NCBI GenBank assembly: GCA_001563305.1
Contig: CP013703.1
Coordinates: 1,039,773 to 1,103,772, forward strand
Length of the DNA stretch: 64,000 nt
Source: a methanogenic archaeon mixed culture ISO4-G1
Lineage (GTDB): Archaea; Thermoplasmatota; Thermoplasmata; Methanomassiliicoccales; Methanomethylophilaceae
Direction of reading: 5' to 3'
This document shows, piece by piece, positions 1-9,771 of the stretch. The notes under the pieces are model-generated. The model made no database searches, had not been told where the DNA came from, and saw only the letters and a program-made list of their open reading frames with translations. Made by a program: the position numbers and the translations under genes. The number at the start of each line of letters is the position of its first letter. The first letter of the stretch is position 1.

Positions 1-126
1 TGCCATAGACGATTACTCCTTCACCGTGGATCTGGGGAACTCATGGGTCTCCATCCCGTTCTCCCAATGAACGGAACATTTGATTACAATATACAGAAAA
101 TTATGAGTACTGGACGTGGGCTTGAG

Positions 127-200
127 CGGGCCCGTCGGGATTCGAACCCGAGTCCGGAGCTCCGGAGGCCCCTATGCTATCCAAGCTATACTACGGGCCC
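127..200 (-). tRNA. tRNA-Arg (anticodon CCG), 74 nt
   Basis: Minus-strand cloverleaf. Acceptor GGGCCCG/CGGGCCC, T-arm TCGGG-TTCGAAT-CCCGA, anticodon stem GGGGC/GCTCC with loop CTCCGGA. D-arm pairing is imperfect when folded by hand. Confidence 0.7.
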
Positions 201-298
201 AGAATGAGAAAGAAAGGGTATTTGCCGGGGTTAGATACTCCCCGGCGATCCTGTGCCTCCTGTTGAGAGGGAGGAGGCGAATGAAGAATTTACCTTTC

Positions 299-484
299 TC
301 AGTTCTTGGTGAACTCGGTGTATCCGCAGCATCCACAGGACACACGGTCCTTGTGAACTGCCATGAACGTGCCGGGTCCGCACTTGGGACAGAACTGCTT
401 TGTCCTGGTGACGGTGTTTCCGTCGACCTTGTAAGCGTTAGACTTCTTGATCGCTGCCTTGGGTGCCTTTGCTTTTCCTGCCAT
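299..484 (-). CDS. rps27ae: 30S ribosomal protein S27ae (eS31), zinc-ribbon
   Basis: 61-aa C-terminal portion of ORF 299..868 (MAGKAKAPK...CPKCGPG...CGCCGYTEF) with a C4 zinc ribbon. The rest of the 189-aa ORF is run-on in GC-rich DNA. Confidence 0.85.
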   Translation of the reverse strand: MAGKAKAPKAAIKKSNAYKVDGNTVTRTKQFCPKCGPGTFMAVHKDRVSCGCCGYTEFTKN

Positions 485-489
485 TCGAA

Positions 490-813
490 TCACTCCTCTG
501 CAGGTGCCTCGGCGGGTGCCTCGGGCTTGTCCGCCTCGATTCCGTTCCTCTTCAGGAGGTACTCCCTGTCGAACTCGAGTGCAGCTTCCTTGTTGTCGTA
601 GACCTTGGCGTATCCCTTGGACATGCCCTTTCCGTAGACGGACTCGATGCAGTCGACGACGACGCAGTCCCTCTTGGTCTTGCATTCCTTGGCCACAGCC
701 TCGGCAACGGCGTTCCTTCCGGGTGTGCTCTCTCCCTCGTGCATGAGGGTGAAGTACACCTCGACCCTCTTGTACAGGGGGTTCTCTTTCTTGTTCGTGA
801 TTTCCATCTTCAT
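490..813 (-). CDS. rps24e: 30S ribosomal protein S24e
   Basis: 107 aa with S24e-like sequence ([13 protein letters not shown]...[14 protein letters not shown]), sitting in the conserved archaeal neighbourhood next to S27ae. Confidence 0.85.
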   Translation of the reverse strand: MKMEITNKKENPLYKRVEVYFTLMHEGESTPGRNAVAEAVAKECKTKRDCVVVDCIESVYGKGMSKGYAKVYDNKEAALEFDREYLLKRNGIEADKPEAPAEAPAEE

Positions 814-1313
814 TCTGCTTCCTCCATTGCGAGCAGCATCTGCTCGAATTTGGCTCTGATGCCCTCATCCGTGGTGATGCGCATCATGCACTTCCCGGGC
901 CATCCGTACACGATATCGGTACCGATCGGGGACATCAGGACAACCGGCAACAATGCCAGGTCCTCCTCCCCGACGACCTTTATCAGTCCGCCAGACCCTT
1001 CGATGCATCCGCGGATCGTCTCAGCCAGTTCCCTGGTGATCCTTCCCGCGGGGTTTTCGACCTCCTTCTTCTCCTCGTTCTCCACGAGGAGGGCGAATTC
1101 GGTCATGTCACGGCGCTCCGTCATCCCGTCGTAGACCGACAGAAAGGGCGTTATGCCGTGCTTTCTGAACGTCAGGGATACCACGTCCCCGACGGTGATT
1201 AAGGTTGTTTGAGCGTGAAACGTTTCAAGGTCGCTGTCGTACAGTTCGGTTCCTATCGGTTCCTTGAACGCCTGCCTGTTCTCAGCCGGCAGGACAAGGT
1301 CCCTCTCGAACAT
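810..1313 (-). CDS. DUF359-family protein (archaeal GTP-dependent dephospho-CoA kinase candidate)
   Basis: Internal Met of ORF 810..1541. Its ATGA overlaps spt4 upstream and S24e downstream, the conserved archaeal rpoE'-spt4-DUF359-S24e-S27ae order. About 167 aa. Confidence 0.55.
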   Translation of the reverse strand: MFERDLVLPAENRQAFKEPIGTELYDSDLETFHAQTTLITVGDVVSLTFRKHGITPFLSVYDGMTERRDMTEFALLVENEEKKEVENPAGRITRELAETIRGCIEGSGGLIKVVGEEDLALLPVVLMSPIGTDIVYGWPGKCMMRITTDEGIRAKFEQMLLAMEEAE

Positions 1314-1507
1314 CAGCGTACCTTGAGAGCGTACTTTCCGTTTGCCGAGATTCCCATCTTCTTGGCGATCTCGGACTTCTCGAAGTCGAGGACCGCGAGG
1401 TATCCCTGCCACTCCTTGGAGGTCTGACCTCCGCAGCGGGGGCACACGTCCTCCTCGGAGATGAAACTGCACTGCTTGCATGCCTTCTGGACTATGACTG
1501 CCATCAC
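1313..1507 (-). CDS. spt4: Spt4 / RNA polymerase subunit E'' (zinc ribbon)
   Basis: 64 aa with a C4 motif (CKQC...CPRCGG), immediately downstream of rpoE'. Confidence 0.8.
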   Translation of the reverse strand: MMAVIVQKACKQCSFISEEDVCPRCGGQTSKEWQGYLAVLDFEKSEIAKKMGISANGKYALKVR

Positions 1508-2076
1508 TCATCACCTTCCGAATCCTTCTTCTTGCGGGCATCCTCCTCGATCCACTGGACCTTTCCCAGTCCGGGCTGCCTCATGGTGAGTCCGATCTTG
1601 CTGTCCTGGGGGTTCTTCTCGTTGAGATCGATGCTGACGACCCTGGCCCTGACTACGTCTCCCACTGCCAGGAATCTTCCGCTGTTCTTGCCTACGAGCC
1701 TCTGGTTGGTCTCATCGATGTCCACACGGTCATCCATGACCTGGCTGATGTGCAGGAGTCCGTCGAGGGGACCGAACCTGACGAAAGCACCGAACTTGAG
1801 GATCTCCACGACCACTCCCTCGATGATCTCGTTCTCTTTGGGCTTGAAGACGATCTGGTCGAACTTTACGGTCTGGTACACTGCACCGTCCCCGTGGACG
1901 ATACGGCCCGGACCCTCGGTCCTGACGTTCCTGATCAGTACGGTGAAGGTCTTGTCGTCACCGAATCTGCCCTCGTAGGCATCCCAGGTGAGTCTGTCGA
2001 TCACATCATCGATGTCTTCCTTCAGTTCGGCCGGTGGGATACGGACGACCTTTTCGACTTCTGTAAGCATGTACAT
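1504..2076 (-). CDS. rpoE: DNA-directed RNA polymerase subunit E' (Rpo7), S1 domain
   Basis: 190 aa with an Rpo7 N-domain plus S1 fold and an acidic tail, overlapping spt4 as in archaeal operons. Confidence 0.85.
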   Translation of the reverse strand: MYMLTEVEKVVRIPPAELKEDIDDVIDRLTWDAYEGRFGDDKTFTVLIRNVRTEGPGRIVHGDGAVYQTVKFDQIVFKPKENEIIEGVVVEILKFGAFVRFGPLDGLLHISQVMDDRVDIDETNQRLVGKNSGRFLAVGDVVRARVVSIDLNEKNPQDSKIGLTMRQPGLGKVQWIEEDARKKKDSEGDE

Positions 2077-2166
2077 AGCGTGCCCTCTGATAACTCCCGT
2101 TAGTGAGGACTGTTATATAAACTGTCTGTACGCGTAATATAGAAAGAAGGATGCTGGGTAAAGGAT

Positions 2167-2186
2167 GGGAGGGGTCTCCCCCTCCC
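2167..2186. terminator. GC hairpin GGGAGGGGTCTCCCCCTCCC downstream of hppA
   Basis: Perfect 8-bp-arm hairpin followed by T-rich sequence, between the convergent 3' end of hppA and the rpoE' promoter region. Confidence 0.3.
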
Positions 2187-2195
2187 TTTACAGTT

Positions 2196-4367
2196 TCACA
2201 CGAACAGGACTGCGGTGACCAGACAGATGGTGGACAGCAGTTTGACCAGAACGTGGATCGAAGGTCCGGCGGTGTCCTTGAAGGGATCTCCGATGGTATC
2301 TCCGACGACTGCCGCTGCGTGTGCAGGGGACTTCTTTCCGCCGTGGTTACCCTCTTCGATATACTTCTTGGCATTGTCCCAGGCTCCTCCTCCGTTGTTG
2401 AGGAAGTTGGCCATGAGGATACCGACGATCGTACCGATCATGATGAGTGCTCCGACGGACATGTAGGCCTCGACGTAGTCTCCGAGCGCGTACCTCATGA
2501 TGAGTCCGAAGACCACGGGCACGAGAATGGGCAGGAGTGCGGGGACGACCATTGTCTTGAGGGCACCGCGGGTAGCGATGTCGACGCACTTTGCGTAATC
2601 GGGCTGGCTGGTTCCCTCGAGGATTCCCTTGTCCTCACGGAACTGCCTGCGGACCTCCTCGACCATCTCACCGGCTGCCTTGGAGACTGCACGGATTGCG
2701 AGGGATGCGAAGAAGAACACGAGTGCTGCACCAACGAGTCCTCCTACGAAGATGAGGGGGTTACCAATGTTGATGTTAAACACGAGTGCCAGCGGGGTTC
2801 CGGTGACCTCGGAGATAATCTCGAAGAATGCTGCGAACAGCAGGAATGCTGCGAGTGCTGCGGATGCCATTGCGTATCCCTTGGTGAGGGCCTTGGTGGT
2901 GTTTCCGGCCGCATCGAGCTTGTCTGTCCTGTCCCTGACCTCCTCGGGCTGTCCGGACATCTCGGCGATTCCACCGGCGTTGTCGGTGATGGGTCCGAAT
3001 GTGTCCTCAGCGAGGATGAATGCGGAGGATGCGAGCATTGCGATGGTTCCGATCGCGGTTCCGTAGAATCCGAAGATCATGGGGTCCACGAGAGGGGGTG
3101 CTGCAACGTAACCGAGCATGTATGTCGCGATGATGGCGACGACGATGCAGACGACGGGCAGGACGGTGGACTCGAGTCCGACCGAGATACCCTCGATGAC
3201 GTTGGTTGCCGCTCCGGTCTCAGAGGCTGCTGCGATTCCCTTGACGGGCTTGTGGTCTCCGGTGTAGTACTGGGTGATGTAGACGATGCACAGTCCCAGT
3301 GCAATTCCGACGATTCCTGCTGCGAAGAAGTTGACCCAGTAGCTCTCACCGAGCAACATGTATGTGGTGACAGCAAGGAACACGATGTTCAGAGCGATGG
3401 TGACGTAGTATCCGACATTCAGGGACTTTACGACATCTCCATCCTCATCCATCCTGACAATAGCGATTCCGACGAGGGAAGCGATAAGTCCGAATGCCAT
3501 GAGGACGAGGGGGAGGAACACCCAGTTGCTTCCAAGAAGGGGTGCCGCTCCGACGACTGCTGTACCGATGACCATCGCACCGATGATCTCGGCTGCTGTT
3601 GACTCGAAGATGTCTGCTCCACGACCTGCACAGTCTCCGACATTGTCTCCGACGAGGTCGGCGACGACGGCGGGGTTCCTGGGGTCATCCTCGGGGATTC
3701 CGGCCTCGACCTTTCCGACGAGATCGGATCCGACATCTGCTGCTTTGGTGTAGATTCCTCCACCCAGCTGGGCGAAGAGTGCTGCGAAGGATGCACCGAA
3801 GGCGTATCCGACGACTGCGTGAAGTGTAGGTGTCAGAGAGGGGTAAAGCCCGTCTCCGTCACCGATCATAGCGTTGTAGATCAGGACGACCATGAAGAGT
3901 CCGAACAGGGAGAGGGTCGAGACTGCGATTCCGGAGAGTGCTCCTCCCCTGAATGATGTCTTGAATGCCTCGCCAAGGGACCTCTTGGCTGCTGCGGATG
4001 TCCTGATGTTCGAGTTGACCGAGACCTTCATTCCGATGAATCCGGAGAGGATCGAGAACGAAGCTCCGATCACGAATGCGATCGCAACTTTGTAGTTCAG
4101 GTAGAGCGAGAAAGGCTCACCTGCGAACGTACAGAGGGCGATTATGATTGCGAGAATCATGATGACGATTCCGATTGTCTTGATCTGGCGCTTCAGGTAA
4201 GCCATCGCACCAGTCTCGATCGCATCGGACACCTTCTGCATCTCAGGGGTGCCCTTGTCCTTGGACCATACGTCTTTGAAGAAGTAGGCCGCAAAGAGCA
4301 ATGCGACAATGCTTGCAACCGGGATCATGAACAGAAGATTCTCAGTAGCGAAAATATCGACTATCAT
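2196..4367 (-). CDS. hppA: membrane-bound proton/sodium-translocating pyrophosphatase
   Basis: 723 aa and polytopic, with the H+-PPase signatures GDNVGDCAGRGADIFES and DTIGDPFKDTAGPSIHVLVK. Confidence 0.95.
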   Translation of the reverse strand: MIVDIFATENLLFMIPVASIVALLFAAYFFKDVWSKDKGTPEMQKVSDAIETGAMAYLKRQIKTIGIVIMILAIIIALCTFAGEPFSLYLNYKVAIAFVIGASFSILSGFIGMKVSVNSNIRTSAAAKRSLGEAFKTSFRGGALSGIAVSTLSLFGLFMVVLIYNAMIGDGDGLYPSLTPTLHAVVGYAFGASFAALFAQLGGGIYTKAADVGSDLVGKVEAGIPEDDPRNPAVVADLVGDNVGDCAGRGADIFESTAAEIIGAMVIGTAVVGAAPLLGSNWVFLPLVLMAFGLIASLVGIAIVRMDEDGDVVKSLNVGYYVTIALNIVFLAVTTYMLLGESYWVNFFAAGIVGIALGLCIVYITQYYTGDHKPVKGIAAASETGAATNVIEGISVGLESTVLPVVCIVVAIIATYMLGYVAAPPLVDPMIFGFYGTAIGTIAMLASSAFILAEDTFGPITDNAGGIAEMSGQPEEVRDRTDKLDAAGNTTKALTKGYAMASAALAAFLLFAAFFEIISEVTGTPLALVFNINIGNPLIFVGGLVGAALVFFFASLAIRAVSKAAGEMVEEVRRQFREDKGILEGTSQPDYAKCVDIATRGALKTMVVPALLPILVPVVFGLIMRYALGDYVEAYMSVGALIMIGTIVGILMANFLNNGGGAWDNAKKYIEEGNHGGKKSPAHAAAVVGDTIGDPFKDTAGPSIHVLVKLLSTICLVTAVLFV

Positions 4368-4567
4368 TTCATAACCCCTATTCTTTCGGTTGAACCTCAG
4401 TATATCGATTTCCTATATAAGGACACACGTTATTTTTATAGAGGAATAAAGGGAAATCTGCGCGTTGGACATGGATGTGTGGATCCTTTTATTTGTTTCC
4501 GGCGGTAAAGTGAGGACAATACCCTTTTAACCCCCATCGCACCTAGCCCCAGGTCAGAGACGATAAA

Positions 4568-5518
4568 ATGTCCAAGGAAGGAGAACTCAATCTCATCGAA
4601 GTTGAAGACATCAAAGTGAAGAAAGGAATGACAGTGGACGAGCTCATGAGGTACATGAGCGGCGCAGGCGGATTCACGGCACAGAAGCTGGCGGACGCCA
4701 CCGACATCCTCGAGAAGATGGAGAAGGACAAGGACTGCCTCAAGATCCTGTCCTTCCCAGCATGCATCATGGCGACCGGAACCCGCGGTGTGCTCGTCGA
4801 CATGGTGAAGAACAAGCAGGTCGACCTCATCATGACCACCTGCGGATGCCTCGACCACGACATTTCCAGGACTTACGAGAACTACTTCCACGGAGACTTC
4901 CTGATGGACGATGCCGAGCTCAGGACCAAATACGAGATCTCTAGGCTCGGGAACATCCTTGTGCCAGACGACTGCTACGGAGAGGTCCTCGAGGGAGAGA
5001 TCCTGCCCATGTTCGACGAGATCTTCGAGGGCAAGGACTCCATGACCACCCACGAGATCATCTGGGAGGTCGGAAAGAGGATGAACGACGAGAGCTCGCT
5101 CATGTACTGGGCCTGGAAGAACCAGATCCCGATCGTCGTCCCCGGAATCACAGACGGATCCTTCGGATGCCAGCTCTGGATGTACTACCAGACACACAGG
5201 AAGTTCAGGATCGACCTCTTCGCCGACGAGCAGCTGCTCTCCGAGATGACCAACCACGCCGTCAGGACAGGGGCCCTCATGATCGGAGGAGGAATCTCCA
5301 AGCACCACGTCATCTGGTGGAACCAGTTCCGCGGAGGACTGGACTACGCCGTCTACCTGACCACCGCAATGGAGTACGACGGATCCCTTTCCGGAGCCAG
5401 GCTCAGAGAGGCCGTCTCCTGGGGTAAGGTTGCGCCCGAGGCCAAGAAGATGACCGTCGAGGGAGATGCCACCATCACCCTGCCGATGATCTACGCCTCA
5501 CTCGTGGACAGGCTGTGA
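4568..5518 (+). CDS. dys: deoxyhypusine synthase
   Basis: 316 aa with the DHS fold (PACIMATGTRGVL..TTCGCLDHDI...GGGISKHHV). Confidence 0.85.
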   Translation: MSKEGELNLIEVEDIKVKKGMTVDELMRYMSGAGGFTAQKLADATDILEKMEKDKDCLKILSFPACIMATGTRGVLVDMVKNKQVDLIMTTCGCLDHDISRTYENYFHGDFLMDDAELRTKYEISRLGNILVPDDCYGEVLEGEILPMFDEIFEGKDSMTTHEIIWEVGKRMNDESSLMYWAWKNQIPIVVPGITDGSFGCQLWMYYQTHRKFRIDLFADEQLLSEMTNHAVRTGALMIGGGISKHHVIWWNQFRGGLDYAVYLTTAMEYDGSLSGARLREAVSWGKVAPEAKKMTVEGDATITLPMIYASLVDRL

Positions 5519-6501
5519 GAATGAAGGAGAAGATACTGGTCCTACCGGGCGACGGAATCGGTCCGTCGATAACGTCCGCCTTCGAGAAGGTCATCACCGC
5601 CGCCACCGACGCAGTGGAGATAGTTCGCGGCGATATCGGCAGGAGCGCCTATGAGACCACGGGCCAGTACCTTCCCCATGACACCTTGGACCTTTTGGAC
5701 GAGTGCAAGACCGTCATATGCGGCCCCACCGTTCCGCCGGAGAACGGGAGCGATCCCGTCAACTCTCTCAGGGTCCAGCTCGATCTCTTCGCCAGGGTCA
5801 GATGGTTCAAGACCCTGGCCCCGGACCTCGGGAAGGAAGGGGTCGATGTGCTGCTCTGGAGCAGCAACAACGATATCTCGTCCGAATTCAGCGAGGTCCC
5901 GGACCTCGAAGGCATCACCATCGGCAAGTACATCAAGAACAACGCATACAGCAGGATGATGAAGCTGGCACACAAGGACATAGAGATTCTGGGACTCAAG
6001 AGGATCACCTGTCTCACGAGAGAGGACTTCTTCCCCCTGAGCAGCAAGAGATTCAGCGACACCTTCGACTCCATGTTCCCCGCCGAGATATATGATATAT
6101 CTCACCAGAACGTCAAATTCTGGCTGTCCAGGATCCTCAAGGAGCCGACCGTCGAGGACTGCATAGTCTGCGTGGACCTCTACAACCAGCCGGTGGCCGG
6201 TGTGCTGGCCGGGATGACCGGATACATACACATGGGCCCCTGCCTGGTCATGGGCGAGGAGTACAAGATGTACGAGCCCAGCCAATGGCCGTCGTACGAG
6301 GGGCTCGAAGAGAAGTTCGCCAACCCGACGTCGGCGATCCTGTCCGCGAGCATGATCCTCCATAATATCGGACTCGCCGATCAGGCCAGGAGGATCACCG
6401 ATGCGGTCGTCGAGGCGTACCGCCTGAAGGAGAGGACCCCCGAGGTCGGGGGCAAGCTCACCGCCGCGGAATTCACGGACAAGGTCATCTCCCACCTCTG
6501 A
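5515..6501 (+). CDS. isocitrate/isopropylmalate/homoisocitrate dehydrogenase family protein (divergent)
   Basis: N-terminal LVLPGDGIGP motif of beta-decarboxylating dehydrogenases, 328 aa. Substrate not assignable from sequence. Confidence 0.65.
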   Translation: MRMKEKILVLPGDGIGPSITSAFEKVITAATDAVEIVRGDIGRSAYETTGQYLPHDTLDLLDECKTVICGPTVPPENGSDPVNSLRVQLDLFARVRWFKTLAPDLGKEGVDVLLWSSNNDISSEFSEVPDLEGITIGKYIKNNAYSRMMKLAHKDIEILGLKRITCLTREDFFPLSSKRFSDTFDSMFPAEIYDISHQNVKFWLSRILKEPTVEDCIVCVDLYNQPVAGVLAGMTGYIHMGPCLVMGEEYKMYEPSQWPSYEGLEEKFANPTSAILSASMILHNIGLADQARRITDAVVEAYRLKERTPEVGGKLTAAEFTDKVISHL

Positions 6502-6505
6502 TAGG

Positions 6506-6526
6506 GATGCATTCATCCAACATCCA
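6506..6526. promoter_or_regulatory. palindrome GGATG-CATT-CATCC (plus an extra CATCC) about 57 bp upstream of the mtaA-like gene
   Basis: Seen directly. The same GGATG/CATCC half-sites recur upstream of mtaC at 55361-55620. Confidence 0.3.
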
Positions 6527-6575
6527 GTGCTTTTTGACTCATAGTCTTTTATCGGCGTAAGCCCTGTCTTGTCCT

Positions 6576-7625
6576 ATGATCGATGCGGGACACAGGGATT
6601 GTGTTCAGGCAGCCCTGAACCATGAGAGGACCGAAAGGACGCCAGTCAACAACTTCGTTCTGGCCACCGCCGCTCGCAGTGCGGGAGTGACCGTGGACTG
6701 TGCCAGGTGGGATCCGAAGATCTCAGCGAAGGTCTCCGTGGACCACGCGATCAAGACGAAATCGGATTTCGTCAAACCCGTGTTGGACTCGCAGGTCCCA
6801 TACAAGGATCTTGGGATGAAGGTCCGCTTCCCCGAGGATGACTACGGTCAGATTCTGGAACCCATCGCCACGGATTCGGAGGGACTTGATAAACTCGCAT
6901 TGTTCGACCCTTCGAGGGCGTCCGAGTGCCCCTCGTTCACCAAGGTCTTCGTGGAGGGGTTGCAGGAGACCGCCAGGATACTTCCCGAGGACCTCCACAT
7001 CTGCGGACTCTCATGGGGTCCGTTCACCACCGGCGGTTACATCATGGGTGCGGAGAACATGATCATGAACGTGTTCATGGACCCGGACCTCGTGACCAAG
7101 CTCATGAAGAAGGTAACTGGATTCGTTGCCGATATGCAGGCGGTCATGCTCGATGCCGGTGCAACCGTGATGTGGATGGCCGATCCGACATCCTCGGAGG
7201 ACCTCATAGCACCAGACATGTTCTTGGACTACTCCGCCCCGTACATCAAACAGGTCGTGGACAAGGTCAACAAGATGGACAACACCACACCGAAGTTCGT
7301 CCACATCTGCGGCAACACGCTGGACCTCATCCCCCATATGCCGATGACGGGCGCTGACTGCCTGAGCTTCGACCATGCCGTGGACCCCACGAAGGCCAAG
7401 CAGGCCGCCGGTAAGAAGGTGTCCATCATGGGCAACATCGATCCCGTCGAGGTCATGATGATGGGAACACCGGAGTCCATCACGAAGGAATGCTACAGGG
7501 TCATCGATGCCGCGGGACAGGACGGAGGGTTCATACTGGCGCCCGGATGCGAGACGCCGATACAGACCTCGGACGAGAACGTGCTGGCCATGGGCAACGC
7601 CGCCAGGACTTATTGGTCCAGATGA
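6576..7625 (+). CDS. methylcobamide:CoM methyltransferase, MtaA/MtbA family (URO-D fold)
   Basis: 349 aa with uroporphyrinogen-decarboxylase-like sequence and N-terminal 'AALNHERTERTPV' similar to the MtaA 'ALNGE.VDRVPV'. Which methyl substrate it serves is not resolvable. Confidence 0.75.
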   Translation: MIDAGHRDCVQAALNHERTERTPVNNFVLATAARSAGVTVDCARWDPKISAKVSVDHAIKTKSDFVKPVLDSQVPYKDLGMKVRFPEDDYGQILEPIATDSEGLDKLALFDPSRASECPSFTKVFVEGLQETARILPEDLHICGLSWGPFTTGGYIMGAENMIMNVFMDPDLVTKLMKKVTGFVADMQAVMLDAGATVMWMADPTSSEDLIAPDMFLDYSAPYIKQVVDKVNKMDNTTPKFVHICGNTLDLIPHMPMTGADCLSFDHAVDPTKAKQAAGKKVSIMGNIDPVEVMMMGTPESITKECYRVIDAAGQDGGFILAPGCETPIQTSDENVLAMGNAARTYWSR

Positions 7626-7675
7626 TGCGTTGGCAAACCTTTATTAACATCATCTATATCTCTGGACTACTGAGT

Positions 7676-7762
7676 GCAAGGGTAGTCAAGCATGGCCAAC
7701 GACGCTAGCTTGAGGGGCTAGTCCTTAGTGGTCCGCGAGTTCAAATCTCGTCCCTTGCACCA
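7676..7762 (+). tRNA. tRNA-Leu (anticodon GAG), class II with long variable arm, encoded CCA
   Basis: GCAAGGG...CCCTTGC acceptor, anticodon stem CTAGC/GCTAG with loop TTGAGGG, 14-nt variable arm, T-loop TTCAAAT, 3' ACCA. Confidence 0.8.
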
Positions 7763-7785
7763 CTTCTTCACAATTCTTCCCGGAT

Positions 7786-8139
7786 TCACTGTTCACGTCT
7801 CAGCTCGCCGAGACGGTCGATGAACGATCTGGCCGCCGAACGCATGTCCGGTGAAACGGCACCTCTGAACCTTCTCCTGCGAGAGGTGACCGCCCACGTG
7901 GAATCGTCCGGATCCCCCAGGAAGGAGAGCTTCGCCCTTATCTCCCCGATGTCCCAGATGAACACCGCGTCGTAAGGCTCGTCGGCGGAATAAGTGAACT
8001 CCATGCCGTCGAACGGAGAGAGGTCGGACCCCAGTTCTTCCCTGAACGCCTCGCAGAACTTCCCTGCCTGTTCGGCAAGACCGTAGGTGTCCATATCGAT
8101 GATGTAGGACCTCATGACATCGGCCGGGTTCACGGTCAT
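7786..8139 (-). CDS. hypothetical protein (117 aa)
   Basis: Intact ORF with coding-like composition. No recognisable motifs. Confidence 0.45.
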   Translation of the reverse strand: MTVNPADVMRSYIIDMDTYGLAEQAGKFCEAFREELGSDLSPFDGMEFTYSADEPYDAVFIWDIGEIRAKLSFLGDPDDSTWAVTSRRRRFRGAVSPDMRSAARSFIDRLGELRREQ

Positions 8140-8234
8140 GGTTGCTTAATGGTCGCTGCGGATAATAACGGAATCGATGGCTCTCGGACCGATCGCATAT
8201 CAACAATCTAATAGACGCATAGTTTTCGTGTGTC

Positions 8235-9347
8235 ATGGATTCTTCGGACAGGGAGAGCAGGATCATCCGCACCAGCGCGATAGGTATCGTCACCAACATC
8301 AGTCTCGTCGCCGTGAAGATGTTCATCGGAGTCCTGTCCAACTCCATCGCCGTCATGATGGACGCCGTCAACAATCTGTCCGATGCGCTGTCGTCGGTGG
8401 TCACCATCATCGGTACAAAACTGTCAATGCGCACCCCCGACAAGAAGCACCCGTTCGGATACGGGAGGATAGAGTACATGACCGCGCTGATCGTCGCGGT
8501 CATCGTCCTGTATGCAGGAATGACCGCGCTGATCGAATCCGCCGAACACATTCTCGAACCTGCGGAAACCGATTATACCACCATATCCCTGGTCATCATC
8601 GCAATCGCGGTCCTGGTAAAGGTAATCCTGGGGCGGTACACCATGTCCGTCGGGAAGGCGACCGACTCCGGAGCACTGACCGCATCCGGTGCGGACGCCC
8701 TCTTCGATGCCGTCCTGTCCACATCGGTCCTAGCATCCGCCCTCATTCTCGTGACCACCGGGATCTCCCTGGAGGCCTACGTCGGTGTCCTGATCTCCCT
8801 GTTCATCATCAAATCCGGTCTGGAGATGATCAAGGAGACCCTTGATGACGTCCTCGGCCAGAGATCCGATCCGGATGTGGCCAGGAGGATCAAGGAGATT
8901 GTGAGATCGGAACCCGGTGTCATAGGCGCTTACGATCTGGTGATCAACAACTACGGTCCCGGAAGAGATTACGCTTCCATCCATGCTGAGGTGGAATCCT
9001 CCATGAGAGCGGAGGACATCGACGTCCTATCCAGGAAGCTCCAGGTCAAGGTGCTCGAGGAGACCGGGATAACCCTGACCGCCATCGGGATATATTCGGT
9101 GGACGTGTCCGACCCGGAGGTCCTTGCCATAAGGGACAGGATCCTGGAGATAACCTCGTCGCACGACTGGATCCTGGAGATGCACGGTTTCCATGTGGAT
9201 ACGGTCGAGAAGACGATACGCTTCGACATCGTCCTCAGTTTCGACATCGATCGCAAGGATGCCCTGAGAACCATTTGCTCCGAGATCGGCGAGGCCTATC
9301 CTGAATACAGGCTGAGTGTGGTCCCTGACGTTGATGTGTCTGACTGA
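8235..9347 (+). CDS. cation diffusion facilitator (CDF) family metal efflux transporter
   Basis: Six TM helices plus a cytoplasmic C-domain, with HPFGYGRIE and the D-A-xx-D/N metal-site motifs typical of CzcD/FieF. Confidence 0.85.
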   Translation: MDSSDRESRIIRTSAIGIVTNISLVAVKMFIGVLSNSIAVMMDAVNNLSDALSSVVTIIGTKLSMRTPDKKHPFGYGRIEYMTALIVAVIVLYAGMTALIESAEHILEPAETDYTTISLVIIAIAVLVKVILGRYTMSVGKATDSGALTASGADALFDAVLSTSVLASALILVTTGISLEAYVGVLISLFIIKSGLEMIKETLDDVLGQRSDPDVARRIKEIVRSEPGVIGAYDLVINNYGPGRDYASIHAEVESSMRAEDIDVLSRKLQVKVLEETGITLTAIGIYSVDVSDPEVLAIRDRILEITSSHDWILEMHGFHVDTVEKTIRFDIVLSFDIDRKDALRTICSEIGEAYPEYRLSVVPDVDVSD

Positions 9348-9373
9348 TCGGATAACCTAAGAGAACGGATGAG

Positions 9374-9446
9374 TGGGCCCCCCCGGATTTGAACCGGAGT
9401 CAGTGGCTCCCGAAGCCACAAGGATACCAAGCTACCCCAAGGGCCC
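9374..9446 (-). tRNA. tRNA-Pro (anticodon CGG)
   Basis: Minus strand. GGGCCCT/GGGGCCC acceptor, anticodon stem GTGGC/GCCAC with loop TTCGGGA, T-loop TTCAAAT. Confidence 0.75.
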
Positions 9447-9479
9447 ACATGGACGGACAGATTATCTTCCGATTTATAA

Positions 9480-9713
9480 TTAACGAGAACCCAGTCCGAT
9501 GGTGTCCTCGGCTATCTTGATGCACGCCAGCAGATCGTCGGCGGTGTTCCTCAGCGAACCGGCGTCCTCCGCCTCCATCCTGAACGTCAGGAAGTTCCCC
9601 TCCACCTTCGACTCGACGTATCCCCCGTTGTCGGGATCGAGGGACCTCATGACCGTCTCCGCGGTCTTCGCATCGGGATACTCGAATCTCAGCTCAAGCG
9701 AAAGCATCAGCAC
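9480..9713 (-). CDS. KEOPS subunit Pcc1-like protein
   Basis: 77 aa. The spacing L.L.F...E.A..V..SL.P......VE..L.F..EA.D...LR...D..L..I resembles Pcc1. Confidence 0.45.
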   Translation of the reverse strand: MLMLSLELRFEYPDAKTAETVMRSLDPDNGGYVESKVEGNFLTFRMEAEDAGSLRNTADDLLACIKIAEDTIGLGSR

Positions 9714-9771
9714 TCGGTAACCGATAGGTGGTAAAATAATGGTTGCCCGGGGCGGACCCCGGGAATGAGTT

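Noticed and set aside
116-601. 161-aa plus-strand ORF at the window start
   Set aside because: It overlaps a minus-strand tRNA and the S27ae gene. Its composition is Ala/Ser/Gly/Arg-rich, typical of run-on frames in GC-rich DNA, and it has no motifs.
2151-3602. 483-aa plus-strand ORF
   Set aside because: Antisense to the unambiguous H+-PPase gene. The translation is Asp/Gly/Cys/Glu-rich low-complexity, a GC-rich antisense artefact.
5542-6516. 324-aa minus-strand ORF
   Set aside because: Antisense to the isocitrate/isopropylmalate dehydrogenase-family gene. Arg/Gly/Asp-rich, no motifs.
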